Origin: Mobula hypostoma | Taxonomy: Eukaryota | NCBI RefSeq assembly: GCF_963921235.1 | Contig: NC_086108.1 | Location: 85,376,001 to 85,440,000 of the forward strand | Length of the DNA stretch: 64,000 nucleotides | Direction: 5' to 3' | Shown here: positions 48,340 through 61,174 of the stretch, one piece after another | Layout: every line of letters starts with the position of its first letter | Numbering within the stretch: the first letter of the stretch is position 1 | Notes under the pieces: model-generated | What the model was told of the DNA's origin: nothing | The model's database searches: none | What the model saw: only the letters and a program-made list of their open reading frames with translations | Program-made: the position numbers and the translations under genes

Positions 48340-50925
48340 GCTAGAATGAACTCCTGCCTGAGAAAGGACCTGGACCCACTGCAATTCTACTGCTGTAATG
48401 GGTCTACAGTAGATTCAGTCTCATAGGCTCTTAAATGCTTTAGGGCACCTAGATAACACCAAATCATACACCAAGCTGCTGTTTATCAATTAAAGCTTGA
48501 CATTCAATAACATTATCACCTCAGTCTTACTCACCAAGCTTCTAAATCTTGGTCTTTGTATCTCTCTCTGCAACTTAGATCCTTGGCTTCCTTATTGGGA
48601 TACCACCATCAGTACGGATCGGTGATAACTTTGACAATCAACGGCGGCGCTCTTCAAGGCTGTGTGCTTAGCCCACTGCTCTACTCTCTGCACTCATGAT
48701 GTGTGGCTAGGCACAACTCTAACACCATCTATAAATTTTCAGATGACATCACCGTTGTTGGTAAAACCACAGATAGCAGTAAGGATGTGGATTGGAATGA
48801 AATAGATTGGCTGGTTGAGTGATGTTGCAAGAACAATCTCATACTCAATGTCATCATGACCAAGGAATTATTGTAGACTTCAGGAAGAGAAAGTTGGGTG
48901 TAGACACATTCAATGTAGTTCCCATTGAAGGGTCAGTGGTGGAAAGGGTGAGCATGTTTAAGCAGCTGGCTGTCAACATCTTGGGGTATCTGTCCTGGGT
49001 TCAACAATTTGATGATTACCTTAGATTAGATTAGATTGGAATTTTATCTCTTACATCCATCTCACAACATGAGGGAGTAAAAATCTTTATGTTGCATCTC
49101 CATCACTGTGTACAAGCAAAAAGGAAAGGAAATGTGGGAGGATATTGAAATGAATTGAACTGACTTGAATTCTTACATCCTTCACATATATGAAATCTTT
49201 ACGTTACGTTTCCATCTAAATGTGCAGTATACAGTCATAGTAATTTATCATAATTTATAATGAATAGAACAGACAATGTAATACAGCGTACAGTACACTC
49301 AAGTCAGCGTGAGTTCCTCGGTATGATGGCCTGGTAGAAGAAGCTGTCCCAGAGCCTGTTGGTCCTGGCTTTTATGCTGTCATACCGCTTCCCAGATGGT
49401 AGCAGCTGGAATAGATTGTGGTTGGGATGGCTTGGGTCCCCAATGATCCTATGGGCCCTTTTTACACACCTGTCCTTGTAAACGTCCTGAATCATGGGAA
49501 GTTCACAACTACGGATGCGCTGGGCTGTCAGCACCTCTCTCTGCAGAGTCCTATAATTAAGGGAGGTACAGTTCCCGTACCAGGCAGTGATGCGGCTAGT
49601 CAGGATGCTCTCAATTGTGCCCCTGTAGAAAGTTCTTAGGATTTGGGGGCCCATACCAAACTTCCTCAACTGTCTGAGGTGAAAGAGGCACTGTTGTGCC
49701 TTTTTCACCACACAGCTGGTGTGCACAGACCACGTGAGGTCCTCAGTGATGTGTATGCTGAGGAACTTGAAGCTATTTACCCCCCTCAACACCAGATCCA
49801 TTGATGTCAATAGGGGTTAGCCTGTCTCCATTCCTCCTGTAATCCACAACCAGCTCCTTTGCTTTGGCCACATTGAGGGAGAGGTTGTTTTCTTGACACC
49901 ACTGTGTCAGAGAGATGACTTCTCTCTAAGATTGTATACATAATTGCTTTGTATACATGTGTGTACCGTCAGATACAATGTACAGTTAGATATGCAATCA
50001 TTTCAATGTGGATTGAGAAATCTGATGGCCTGGTGAAAGAAGCTGTCTCGGAGCTTGTCGCTCCTGGCCGTAATGCTGTGGTACCGCTTGTCAGACAGAA
50101 GCAGCTGAAACAGTTTGTGGTAGGGGTGGCTGGAGTCTTTAATGATCCTCTGGGCCCTTTTTACGCTCCTGCTGCTGTAAGTGTTCTGAATAGAGGAAAA
50201 TTCACATCCACAGATGCGCTGGAATGTCGGCACCACTCTCTGTAGTGCCCTGTGATTGAGTGTAGTGCAGTTCCCGTACCAGGCGATGAAACAGCCAGTC
50301 AGAATGCTCTCGATGGTACCACTGTGGAAAATACTGAGGATATGGGGACTTGTGCCAAACTTCTTCAGCCGTCTGAGGTGAAAGAGGCACTGTTGTGCTT
50401 TTTCTCACTACACAGCCGGTATGATGCAATTATGAAGAAGGCACACCAGTGGCTATATTTTGTCATGAGTTTGAGGAGCTTTGGTATGTCACCAAGAATT
50501 TGCAAATTTCTATAGGTATAAGGTGGCGTGCATTCTGTCTGTTCGATCAGAGCCTGGTATGGAGACTTCAATGCACAGGATCACAGGAGGCTGCAGACTC
50601 AGCCAGCTGCATCTCAGACTGAACCGTCCCCGCCACTGAGGTCATCTTCATGAGATGGTGCCTAGGAGGCATCCTTCATTAAACACCCTCACCATCCCGG
50701 ACCTACTCTCCTTCTGTTACTGCTGTTAAGGAGGAGATACAGGAGCCTTATTCTGTGAATTAAGAACAGCTATTTCCCCTCCACAATCCAATTTCTGAAC
50801 AGTCCATGAACGCATGAACACGATCTCATTATACATGTTGTTGCTCTATTTATTTATTTTGTGATTTATAGTAATGTTATGAGTTTGCACAGTATTGCTT
50901 CTGCAAAACAACAATTTATGCATCA
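48340..50925 (+). mobile_element. Old Rex1-type RT/3' part (48340-49015 plus 50418-50925), split by minus-strand Rex fragments
   Basis: [23 protein letters not shown] remnants; the reading resumes at gatgcaattatgaagaaggcacaccag. Confidence 0.75.
49020..50417 (-). mobile_element. Three stacked Rex1-type 3' fragments (~49020-49110, 49145-49925, 49960-50417)
   Basis: FKFLSIHITEDLTWS..LFQLLPSGKRY..DSFF ORF remnants (49304-49810, 50003-50236) and repeated tail tcttacatcc. Confidence 0.85.
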
Positions 50926-50927
50926 TA

Positions 50928-51060
50928 GACAAGAGAAAATCTGCAGATGCTGGAAATACAAGCAGCACACACAAAATGCTGGAGGAAGTCAGCAGGTCAG
51001 GCAGCATCTGTGGAAAAAAGTACAGTCGATGCTTCAGGCCAAGACCCTTTGGCAGGACTA
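50928..51060 (-). mobile_element. 133-bp Penelope pLTR terminal fragment with a 10-bp TSD
   Basis: TSD atgcatcata at 50918-50927 and 51061-51070; ends just past the hammerhead remnant. Confidence 0.85.
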
Positions 51061-51487
51061 ATGCATCATATAAGACAGTGATAGTAAACCTGACTCTGAT
51101 CTTGGCTCCTTTAAATTCTGGTATTGTAGATTTCTTTGGATATGAGGGACATCTGTCTTAGTCATTTACTGCCAGATGTAGTTAGACAACAAAAAGCTAT
51201 ATCCCTGCTTTCATCTGGCAAATCTTGTCATTATCCCAGGATTATCCTGGAATGCCAAAATAAGTAGCAGCTTCAATCCCCTATTATAAAACTTCATTTT
51301 CAGCGTCTCTCCCCCCCCCCCCTCAGTGCACAACACAGGTCTCCATCACCAAGCAGAGAAGCTTATGATGTTTTTTTGTGTTCAAGACTGTGTTTTATCA
51401 GTCTCTTGGCCTACAAAGCCAATTTCTAGTTGAGTTTGTACATTACCCTTGCCTGAATGCATTCCTACCTTGGTTTATGTCCTGTTG

Positions 51488-52465
51488 GAATCAGGTTTAA
51501 TATCACTGTCAAATGTCGTGAATTGTTTTGTTTTACAGCAGCAGTGCATTACACTACATAATAATAAAAACTATAAATTACAATAAGTATACTGTATATA
51601 AAAAGGAAAATTAAATTAAATGAGTTTGCAAAAAGAGAGGGGGAATTACTGAGGTAATGTTCATGGGCTCATTGTCCATTCAGAAATCTGATGGCAGAGG
51701 GGAAGAAGCTGTTCCTGAAACACTTCAGGTTCCTGTACCTCCTCCTTGATGGCAGCAATGAGGGGTCATGCCCAGGTTGATGAAGTTCCTTAACGATGGA
51801 GGGTGCCCTTTTGAGACATTGCCTTTTGAAGATGCCCTGGATGCTGGGGAGACTAGTGCTCATGATGGGGGTGGCAGATTTTACAACTTTCTGCAGCTTT
51901 TTCCAATCCTGTGCAGTGGTCCCTCCTTACCTGATGGAGATGCAACCAGTTGGAATGCTCTCCACAGTGTACCTCTTATGTACCTTTGATGCATAAAACC
52001 AAGAACAGTCTGGATGAGAAACAGTTTCTTTCCCCAGGCCATTAGGCTTCTGAAATCCCAGCTGTATTGTATTTGAAGTGTCACTAGTTAATCTGTTCTG
52101 TACCTTACAGTATTTAATATTAAAGCACTTTAGTTTGTTATTTATGTGTGATTCATCTGTAGATTTTATCCTTACCTTCGTAAGTTATTGTGTGTTAAAT
52201 GTGTTATGTGCTATGCACCCTGCTTCGAAGAAACAGTGTCTCGTTTTGATATACATTATATGCATGAATGTAGTTAAATAACAATAATCTTCACTTAAAC
52301 TTGACTTGATCTTCAGAAATTTGCGAGTGCCTTTGATGATATATCAATGCTACTCAAGCTCCTAATAAAATATAGCCTCTTCCGTGCCTTTTTTGTAATT
52401 GCATCAATATGTTGGGTCCAGGATAGATCCCCCCAGAGATGTAGACACCCAGGAACTTGAAACTG
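51488..52465 (-). mobile_element. Rex1-type 3' fragment with a nested plus-strand Rex 3' end (~51975-52310)
   Basis: FRNSFFPSAIRFLNGQ on the minus strand; the insert ends with cttaaacttgacttga. Confidence 0.75.
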
Positions 52466-55400
52466 GAGTTTGTGTATAGTTCACATTACAGCAAGGATAT
52501 TGTAGCATTAGAAAGAGTGCAGGAGTGATTCATAAGGATGTTTCATTGAATGGAGTGTTTTATTTATAATAAAAAATGAGCTGAATTTATTCTCACTGGA
52601 ATGTAGAAGGCCGAGGAGTGACTTCATAGATGATTATATTATGAAAGGCATAGATAGTGTAGATAATCAGAATACTTCTTTCTAAGTTGGAGGAGTCTAA
52701 AACAAGAGGGAAAGGCTTAAGATGAAAGTGGACACTGTTTAATGAGATCTGAGAGGCAAAATTTCCATACAGCAGCTAGTGATTATACAGAATGAGCTGC
52801 CAAAGGAAATGAACAAATTGATAGAATTACAGAATTTAAAAGACATTTATGTTGTGTATTTAATATTTCAGTAATATTAGAGTAATATTGTAAATATGTT
52901 GTTTGATTAAACATTCTTTGTTTACTTAAATAATTAATTATGGGTTATATGTAAAAATACATGAATGGCATACACCATTACCCCACCACGTAATATGTAA
53001 GTGCCTCACTAAAATCAAAGCAAAGTAAACACTTTTCTCAGGCTACCAAGTTTTTTCCTTCGATTAGTTTTTGGGGTTACAAAATATAACGGTGGCGATG
53101 AGTAAGTTTTAAAATGAATTTGAGATGACTACCTACCTGTTGAAGCACAGCGAGACTTTTGAGTTTAAAAAAAAACAGAGCACGTTTTTTCCTTCAGATG
53201 GCAAGAAAGAGGCGTCTGAGTTTAAAAAAAAAGCACAACATATTTTGTTTTGGACGGGAAGGAGAAAGATGGTCGAGTTAAAAAATGGCAGCAAATGGAT
53301 GAAATTCATGTGTTCATAAACAATGAGTACTCACAGATAATAATAAATAAGAAAAAAACCAGAAATGGCTGGATACATTGGAAAGGCCGACATGTTTAAC
53401 AGCAGAAGTAATAACTGGGTCATGAATACTGAATAACTTAAGAAGTACTTTCAAGCAAATGGAATAGCCAAAGAGAAACGAGTGCCAGATCTGCTGAGTG
53501 CAACTGGTGGAAACGTATAATTGGCTGAGATGTTGTACTGCTCTAACCAAACCAGCCCAAATTAGCTTCGCTGATATCATGAACATAAATGCAGGAACAT
53601 TTAGAACAGAGGCCATTGTTGATTTGCAGAATGCTTCAGGTTTCATAAATGGAATCAAAAGGCAGCAGAGTCCCTATTAGTTTTCGTGGCTGAATTGAAA
53701 AGAATTGTCTGAATATTGCCAGTTCAGTGAAGGGCTTAATGATGCACTGAGAGATCATTTAGTTTGTGGAATATCACAACAAAGCATTCAAAAACAGCTC
53801 CCGACTGAAGCACAACCCACATTTAAATGAGCAGTTGAAATTGCTGTATCAATGGAAACAATACAGAGACATAACTGAGTTGTAGTCAGGAATGAAAGTG
53901 AGTGTGAGCAAAATTGCAACATCTAAACAGAAAGCTGCCTGGCTGAACAGGTTGTGCTACTGCCGTGGCAGGGATTCACATACACCAGACCAATGCAGGT
54001 TTAAAGATGAAACTTGCAGAAAATGCAACAAATTAGGGCACGCACAAAGAATATGTCGCTCAGACAAATGTAAAGGGACTGCACAGGGAAGAGAAATAGA
54101 TTAAAAAGTCAAGTTGAAGTTTCAGAAAGAGCACTAATCTACACACTAATCTAGAAAAATTTGATAACGATGAGGACTGCGTAGCCTTGAGATTTACTAT
54201 GTGAAAACTAGAAGGAGACGGTCAATCTGGTTTACACCAGAAGTCAATGTCAAATTAATTAGAATGGAATTGGGCAGGGGCTCGGCTGTTTCAGTCATTC
54301 CGCAAAATGAGCTTGAATGGCTTTTCAAAGATATTGAACTGAACTAAGAACTTATACTGGAGCACTGATAACCCCTGTGGAAACGACATTCGTAACAGTG
54401 AAATGTAACAACCAATTAGCCATACTGGGCTTGTATGTGGTAAAAACACGAGGGCCAGCATAGTGGGACCATGACTGGCTGCGACAATTACAACTTGATT
54501 GGAGATCCATCCACCACTTGAATGTCACATCCCCTGCAATAGAGTTGACTGAAAGTGATTTAAGAAAGGTACTGGATGATGCCACAGCAGTGCGCAAGGA
54601 AAATGCAAGCATATCAAGGGTAAAATAGTGCTAAATGAAAATGCCACACCCAAGTTTTTCAAAGTCTATCTAGTTCCTTGCACCATCCATGATAAAGTAG
54701 CCACTGAGTTAGATCGCATGGAGGTTGAAGTAATTCTTTCCAAGATTGAGTGGAGCCGATGGGCAATGCAGTGGTCTCAGAGCCAAGAAAAATGTGTCTA
54801 TAAGTATCTGTGATGATTTTAAAGTCACCATTTACCCAGTACTGAACGTAGATCAATACCCGCTACCCAGGATAGAGGAAATCTTTGAAATCCTTTCTGG
54901 AGGGAAACACTTCAGCAAAGTGGATTTAGCTTAGTCCTACATAAAATGAACTTGCCCTTGACAAGGGTTGCCTTATGTGGGGATTGAGATTTGTTGAACC
55001 ATCCAAGGTGAGAGCTAAAATATTAGAGGAGCTACTACACATGCTTTGTCCGGTGGCCTAGGCTAGATATGCAGATCAAGCAGCTTGCAATGCACAGTTT
55101 GGAATGCTAACACATCCAGAAGATATCATGTCGTGGTGTTCCTAAACGTCCAGAAGATGCCAAGAGCAGCATCTCTCCAACCCTGGGAATGCCCTGCATT
55201 GCCCAAACAGAGTGACTACCTCACTTGACCTCCCTAGGAGTAAGAAATCCTCCACAGTAATTGAATCTTCAAGCCTGAATGAGACAATTAAAAATTTACG
55301 ATGATGTGGATGTCTGAATAGTGGTTGTATTATAATATTTCCGTAATATTGGAGTAATATTGTAAATGTATTGTTTGATCAAGCATTCTTTGATTAAATA

Positions 55401-55715
55401 ATGCATTACATGTTACATGCAATAATATGTGAATGGCACACGTCATTACATCACCACATCATAAGTGAGCGTCTCACTAAGGTATAAAGTATAAACCAAG
55501 TAGGCATATTTTCTTGGGCTCACATGCTTGTTTTTGATTTTGGAGTTACAAACCATAACAATTTGGACAAATGTGTGGACTGGAAAGGTTTAGAGGCATA
55601 TGAGTGTTAAGTGAACAGATGGTATTAGTGCGCATAGATGTCATAGTTGGTGTGGATGATTTGGGCCGAAGGGCCTGTTTCTATGCTGTACAACTCTACG
55701 ATGCTGTGACCCTTA
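52465..55715 (+). mobile_element. Old CR1 3' fragment (52465-52849 plus 55561-55715), split by a Gypsy element
   Basis: tttaaaagacattt | ggacaaatg..ggaaaggtttagagg..ttgggccgaagggcctgtttctatgctgta. Confidence 0.75.
52850..55560 (+). mobile_element. Internally deleted Gypsy provirus, same family as 11252-20558
   Basis: LTRs at 52850-53091 and ~55325-55560, PBS tggcgatgag, flanks attta/atttg; CYCRGRDSHTPDQC..CRKCNKLGH, YPLPRIEE..FSKVDLA; most of RT, RNase H and IN deleted. Confidence 0.9.
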
Positions 55716-55759
55716 CCTTCTTAATTCAACTTCAGCTTGGGATCCACTTTTGCTCTCTC

Positions 55760-56710
55760 AAAACAAAATCTATTAAACTGACCTGCATCTTCTCAGAATC
55801 CTTGAACTTAATGCATCTCCTGTACTTTTGGTTCCCGTGCTGTTACCCAGCCTATTCACAGAGGATCTATTCTGCGTCTCTCTTGTTTCTTATCTGCATC
55901 CTGGCCATCAATGATATCATCTGAAAGCTCAGTAATGGGTTCTACATAACAACAACTGCTGCATTGGTTGCCATGTAGAACCCATTAACAATCTTTACCT
56001 CTTCCATTATCTCCGCATTGTCAGACTGCTTGACACACATCTCTTTCTGGATGACCATAAATTTTCTCCAGCTATGTATTGTGAAGGTTGAATCCATTGT
56101 CTGTGATCCCTGCCACAAACTACATTCCCCATCCACTGACTTTACTCCTTTCCTTAGCAACTGTCTCAGTAATTGTGCTGGTATTTCTTACCCTGAGACT
56201 GACTATAAAACTATTTCACTCTGCCCTCATCATGACCTCTTATTCCATTGTTTCCTAACTTCGACCTGCCTCAGCTTGGCAGCTACTGAAGACACTTTTC
56301 ACCCTTTTGTTTCACATATTCTTGACTATTCCAGTGGATATGTCAACTTCCATTCTTCTTTGGTCAATTTAGAACTTCTCTCTCTGCTCCCTATCTCAAA
56401 CCATCTGACTATTACTTCTTACTGACTCACTGACTCCTCAGGAAGCAACTCCTCCATTTTAAAATTGTTAACCTTATTTTCAATTCCCTCAGTTACTCCA
56501 CATTTCCTTCCTTTTAAAAGTGCATTCAGACGCACAAACCTCAGAGATCTTTAGAGATAAATGTTCTTCTTCAAATCTGACCTGCAGCTCAACTTCCAAT
56601 TTAATGACTTCCACCATCATACACTGTGCCTTTGGAAGCTAAAACTTAAATCTTTGCACGTCTCAGCTTTTTTTTTGCTTCTTTTAGGACATCTCTTACA
56701 ACCTAATGCC
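55760..56710 (+). mobile_element. Ancient L2-type LINE RT/C-terminal relic
   Basis: gaggatctattctg..ttgtttcttatct (GSIL..LFLI), LSDCLTHISFWMTINFLQL, FVSHILDYS remnants. Confidence 0.7.
55933..55987. repeat. 55-bp quasi-palindrome (hairpin)
   Basis: Perfect 15-bp arms taatgggttctacat / atgtagaacccatta, with a mostly self-complementary 25-nt centre. Confidence 0.9.
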
Positions 56711-56968
56711 TTGGATAAGTTAAAATCAGAACAGAAAACGCTGGAAACACTCAGTAAGTTAGGCAGCTTCTGTGGATTGAAATGTAGCTAATGTTTCGTG
56801 GGCTGAGACCTGTAACATTGCTGTGATGAAGTATTATGGACCTGGTTTGTTAACTGCACTTCTTCCCACTGATGCTGCCTGATAGGCTGAGCATTTTTAA
56901 CTATATGTTTTATTTCCCACTATTTTTTTTTTGAATTTCTTTGACTAAGCATATGGTCAAGCACCCTA

Positions 56969-58144
56969 AACAAAAAAGAGAAAATCTGCAGATGCTGGAA
57001 ATCCAAGCAGCGCACACAAAATGCTGGAGGATCTCAGCAGGCCAGGCAGCATCTATGGAAAAAAGTACAGTAGACGTTTTGGGCTGAGACCCTTCATCAG
57101 GACTGGAGAAAAAATTTTGAGAAGGTGGGGGAAGGGGAGGGAGAAACACAAAGGGATAGGTGAAACCAAGGGTTGGAGGGGGAGGGGGAGGGATGAAGTA
57201 AAGAGCTGGGAAGTTGATTGGTGGAAGAGATACAGGGCTGGATAATGGGGAATCAGATAAGAGAGGACAGAAGGCCATGGAAGACAGAAAAGGTGGAGGA
57301 GCACCAGAGGGAGGTGATGGGCAGGTAAGAAGATAAAATGAGAGAGGGAAATGGGAAGGGGAGAAAAGTGAAGGGTGGAACATTACTGGAAGTTTGAGAA
57401 ATCGATGTCCATGTCATCAGGTTGGAAGCTACCCAGATGGAAAATAAGGTGTTGCTCCTCCAGCCTGAGTGCAGCCTCATTCCGACAGTAGAGGAGGCCA
57501 TGGAGGACATGTCTGAATGGGAATAGGAAGTAGAATTAGAATGGGTGGCCACTGGCAGACGGAGTATAGGTGCACAGTGAAACAGGATCTCCCAGTGGCC
57601 ACGCATTTTAATTCCTCTTCCCATTCTTATTTCTATGTGCCAGTCCATGGCCTTCTCTACTGTTGCGATGAGGCCACACTCAGGCTGGAGGAGCAACTGC
57701 TTATGTTCCTTCTGGGTAGCCTCCAAATTGATGGATTAAGCATCGACTTCTCAAACTTCTGGTAATGTCCACCCCCTCCTTCACCATTCCCCATTCCCAT
57801 TTCCCTCTCTCACCTTATCTGCTTACCTGCCCATCATCTCCTTCTGGTGCTCCTCCCCCCTTTTCTTTCCTCTATGGCCTTCTGTCCTCTCCTCTCAGAT
57901 TCCCCCTACTCCAGCCCTGTGTCTCTTTCACCAATCAACTTCCCAGCTTTTTACCTCCCCCTCCCCTCTCCCAGTTTCACCTATCACCTTGTGTTTCTTA
58001 CTCCCTCCCCCACCTTCTTTCTCTGACTCCTCGTTTTTTTTCTCCGTTCCTGATGAAGGGTCATGACCCGAAATGTCGACTGTACTCTTTTCTATAGTTG
58101 CTGCCTGGCCTGCTGAGATCCTCCAGCATTTTGTGTGTGTTGCC
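56969..58144. mobile_element. Fold-back Penelope insertion (centre ~57555)
   Basis: ~57005-57555 is inverted relative to ~57590-58144; degenerate TSD tggtcaagcacccta (56954-56968) / tggtcaagcgttcta (58145-58159); hammerhead remnants at ~57068-57105 (-) and ~58046-58082 (+). Confidence 0.9.
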
Positions 58145-58746
58145 TGGTCAAGCGTTCTATTGTTTCACATTCCTCTGTTTAAAAATTTGTTTGAAAGTGC
58201 TCTTGTGAGCTGCCTTGGGGCTTTCATTCCTCTGTTAAAAGTACCACATAAAGTGGAGATTTCTTGATGTACAACCATATGACACTGTTCATATTTTCAA
58301 AATGATAATGGTTCTGAAGTGCAACATTAATTTACAATTTATGAGTCCTGATGAAAGATTTGGTTTGAATTGTCAACTGTTTAGTCCTCTCCATAGGTGA
58401 AGCTTAACCTGCTGAGTTCATCCAGTGTTGTCTATAGAAGATGGAAAGTCGCTCTGTATTCCCAGAACCTGCAAAATCTCCTGTGTTTATTCATTTACAA
58501 TTATAACCTTCCTTATACACAATATGTCAAGGAAAGATACCAGGTTTGATAGGGATCATTTTGGAGGAGATAACTGCTAATCAGTTAAATCTCAGGTGCA
58601 TTACTCTATCACTTAATACCTTTTTTCTCAATAAACCTATTTTGTTGGACTACTTTCTTGGAAATCAACTTCCCATCTTTCACAGAAGTAAAACAGTGTG
58701 GAGGCTGAAAACCTAAAGTTAAAATAAAATAATTAAAATAGAATAA

Positions 58747-59000
58747 GGCATGATGGTAGCATAGTGGTTAGTGCAATGCTCTTACTAAACCCGTAATCCA
58801 GGTTCAATTTTGCTGCTTTCTGCAAGGAGCTTGTACCTTCTCCCTGTTTCCACGTGTGTTTCTTCTGGGTGCTCCAGTTTCCTCCAACGTCCCAAGGACG
58901 CACAGGCTAGGAGGTTGATTGGTCACATGGGTGTAATTTGGCGGCACGGGTTCATTGGGCCTTTTACCATGCTGTATCTCAGCATAAAATAAAAGATAAA
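58747..59000 (+). mobile_element. V-domain tRNA-SINE (HE1-like)
   Basis: tagcatagtggttag (A box), ggttcaatt (B box), tttcttctgggtgctccagtttcctcc (V-domain). Confidence 0.75.
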
Positions 59001-59754
59001 CATAATAAAATTCTCACCCCTTTTCCTTAGTTAGAACCTGTGGTGCATCAACATCATTTTCCAAATCTTTAATTTGAAACACTAATTTTGTTGTCCCCTC
59101 CACAGATGTTTCTGTCCTTCAGAGTCCCTTCTGTCTTTTTATCATGTTTTGTTATTGCTCTCTATATTATTCTCACCTCCTAAAACCTTCGACTCCTTTA
59201 TGAGGTACAATTCAGCAACTGTTCTTTCTGGATTTCCTACTTGGTAAAAGTAATGTAAAAAAAAGACAAATATTTGAAAAAAAAATATGTATTTCAAACA
59301 AACTGGTCATCAGTATGTTTGTCTTGTGTCCCTGGGCTCGGGTCTGGGTCCACTGGTGGAATACTGGCACATTTGACCTCCGTTTCCAGGCTTCTGCTCT
59401 GTCATGTGGAGGCACTGAGTTCAGGACTATGCTGAGCCATCCACATGTGGTTCTCTGAGATCAGCCAAGTTAGAAAGACATTCTGGCAGTCCCATGGTTA
59501 ACACTTAGGTTAAATTAACTGAATTTAAATTCCTCATTTGCTCTTGTGGGAATTGAATTCATATCTCTGAATCACTACCAATGAAAGGCTACAAAGTACA
59601 GATATAGTAATATTGTTCTACTTCAATGAAAACTGCATGCAGACTCATCTCCTTTCACCAACCTGCGGTCCCAAGTATATGTACTTCTCCATTGCAGTTT
59701 GAAGTTTGATATATGCTTGTAAAATAATTAACTGAAAAAGTGAATGCAATTCAC

Positions 59755-60795
59755 TTAGAGACCTTGGCCTTGACTCTGCCTTATGCAGCTGGATCCTGGA
59801 CTCCCAGTCAGATCACTGGCAGGTGGTAAGAGTGGGCTCCCTCACCGTCAGCCCTCTGATTCTCAATACAGGAGCCCCTCAGGGCTGTGTACTAAATCCC
59901 CTTCTTTACTCCCTGTATACCCATGACTGTGTCGTCACCCTCAGCTTTAATGTGCAAATTTAATTTGCCGACAACACTACATTGATTGGCCTTATCTCAA
60001 GCAATAATGAGGTGGCCCTCAGGGAAGAAGTCATCTCTCTGACACAGTGGTGTCAAGAAAACAACGTCTCTCTCAGTGTCGCAAAAACAAAGGAGCTGAT
60101 TGTGGATTACAGGAGGGATGGAGACAGACTAACCCCTATTGACATCAATGGATCTGAGGTTGAGAGAGTAAGCAGCTTTAAGTTCCCTGGCATCCAAGAT
60201 ACCGAGGACCTCATGTGGTCTGTACACACCAACTGTGTGGAGAAAGAGGCACAACAGCGCCTCTTTCACCTCAGACATTGAGGAAGTTTGGTATGGGCCC
60301 CCAAATCCTTTCCACGGGGGCACAATTGAGCGCATCCTGACTGGCTACATCACTGCCTGGTATAACTGTACCTCTCTTAATCGCAGGACTCTGCAGAGAG
60401 TGGTGTGGACAGCCCAGCACATCTGTAAGTTGTGAACTTCCCATGATTCAGGGCATTTACAAAGGCAGGTGTGTAAGAAGGGCCCATAGGATCATTGGGT
60501 ACCCGAGTTACCCCAACCACAATCTATTCCAGCTGCTACCATCTAGGAAACAGTACCGCAGCATAGAAGCCAGGACCAACAGGCTCCGGGACAGCTTCTT
60601 CCACCAGGCCATCAGACTGATGAACTCATGTTGATGTGAGTGTATTCTATGTTACATTGTCTGTTCTATTTATTATAAATTATTATAAATTACTATGATT
60701 GCATATTGCAGATTGAGATGGAGACGTAATGTGAAGATTTTTACTCTACACGTATGTGAAGGATGTAAGAAATAAAGTTAATTCAATTCAATTTT
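59755..60795 (+). mobile_element. Rex1-type LINE RT/3' fragment
   Basis: [38 protein letters not shown], aataaa + (ttcaa)n tail; inverted homologue of 49145-49925. Confidence 0.88.
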
Positions 60796-61174
60796 GATAG
60801 CCTTTACTAAATTTTATACTAAATATAACAGTTTGGACAGTTTGATTTGATTAAACTGGTCTCCATGTTTTTAAGAATTCCACAGATATTTATTGTCACT
60901 CAATGGAGAACAAATAGTTTAGCTGACTGCAGAAACACATCTGAATGTTGATTTCCAGATACAGTACAGGATTGTTTAATGTTATTTCCGATACACAAGT
61001 GCAAGGAGAATGAAATAATTGTTACTCTAGATCCAATGCAGCACAAAAAAACACAGTATAGTAAGGAACACTTTAATTTAAAAAGACACGATGAATACTG
61101 TATAAATACATAAGATAGCTTATATATATATATTGATTGTGTGCACATAAAGTGATGCTAGGTAAAGGAGTATC

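Noticed and set aside
55604..56425. 106-aa and 135-aa ORFs as host genes
   Set aside because: They are composites of a CR1 3' UTR and frameshifted L2 remnants.
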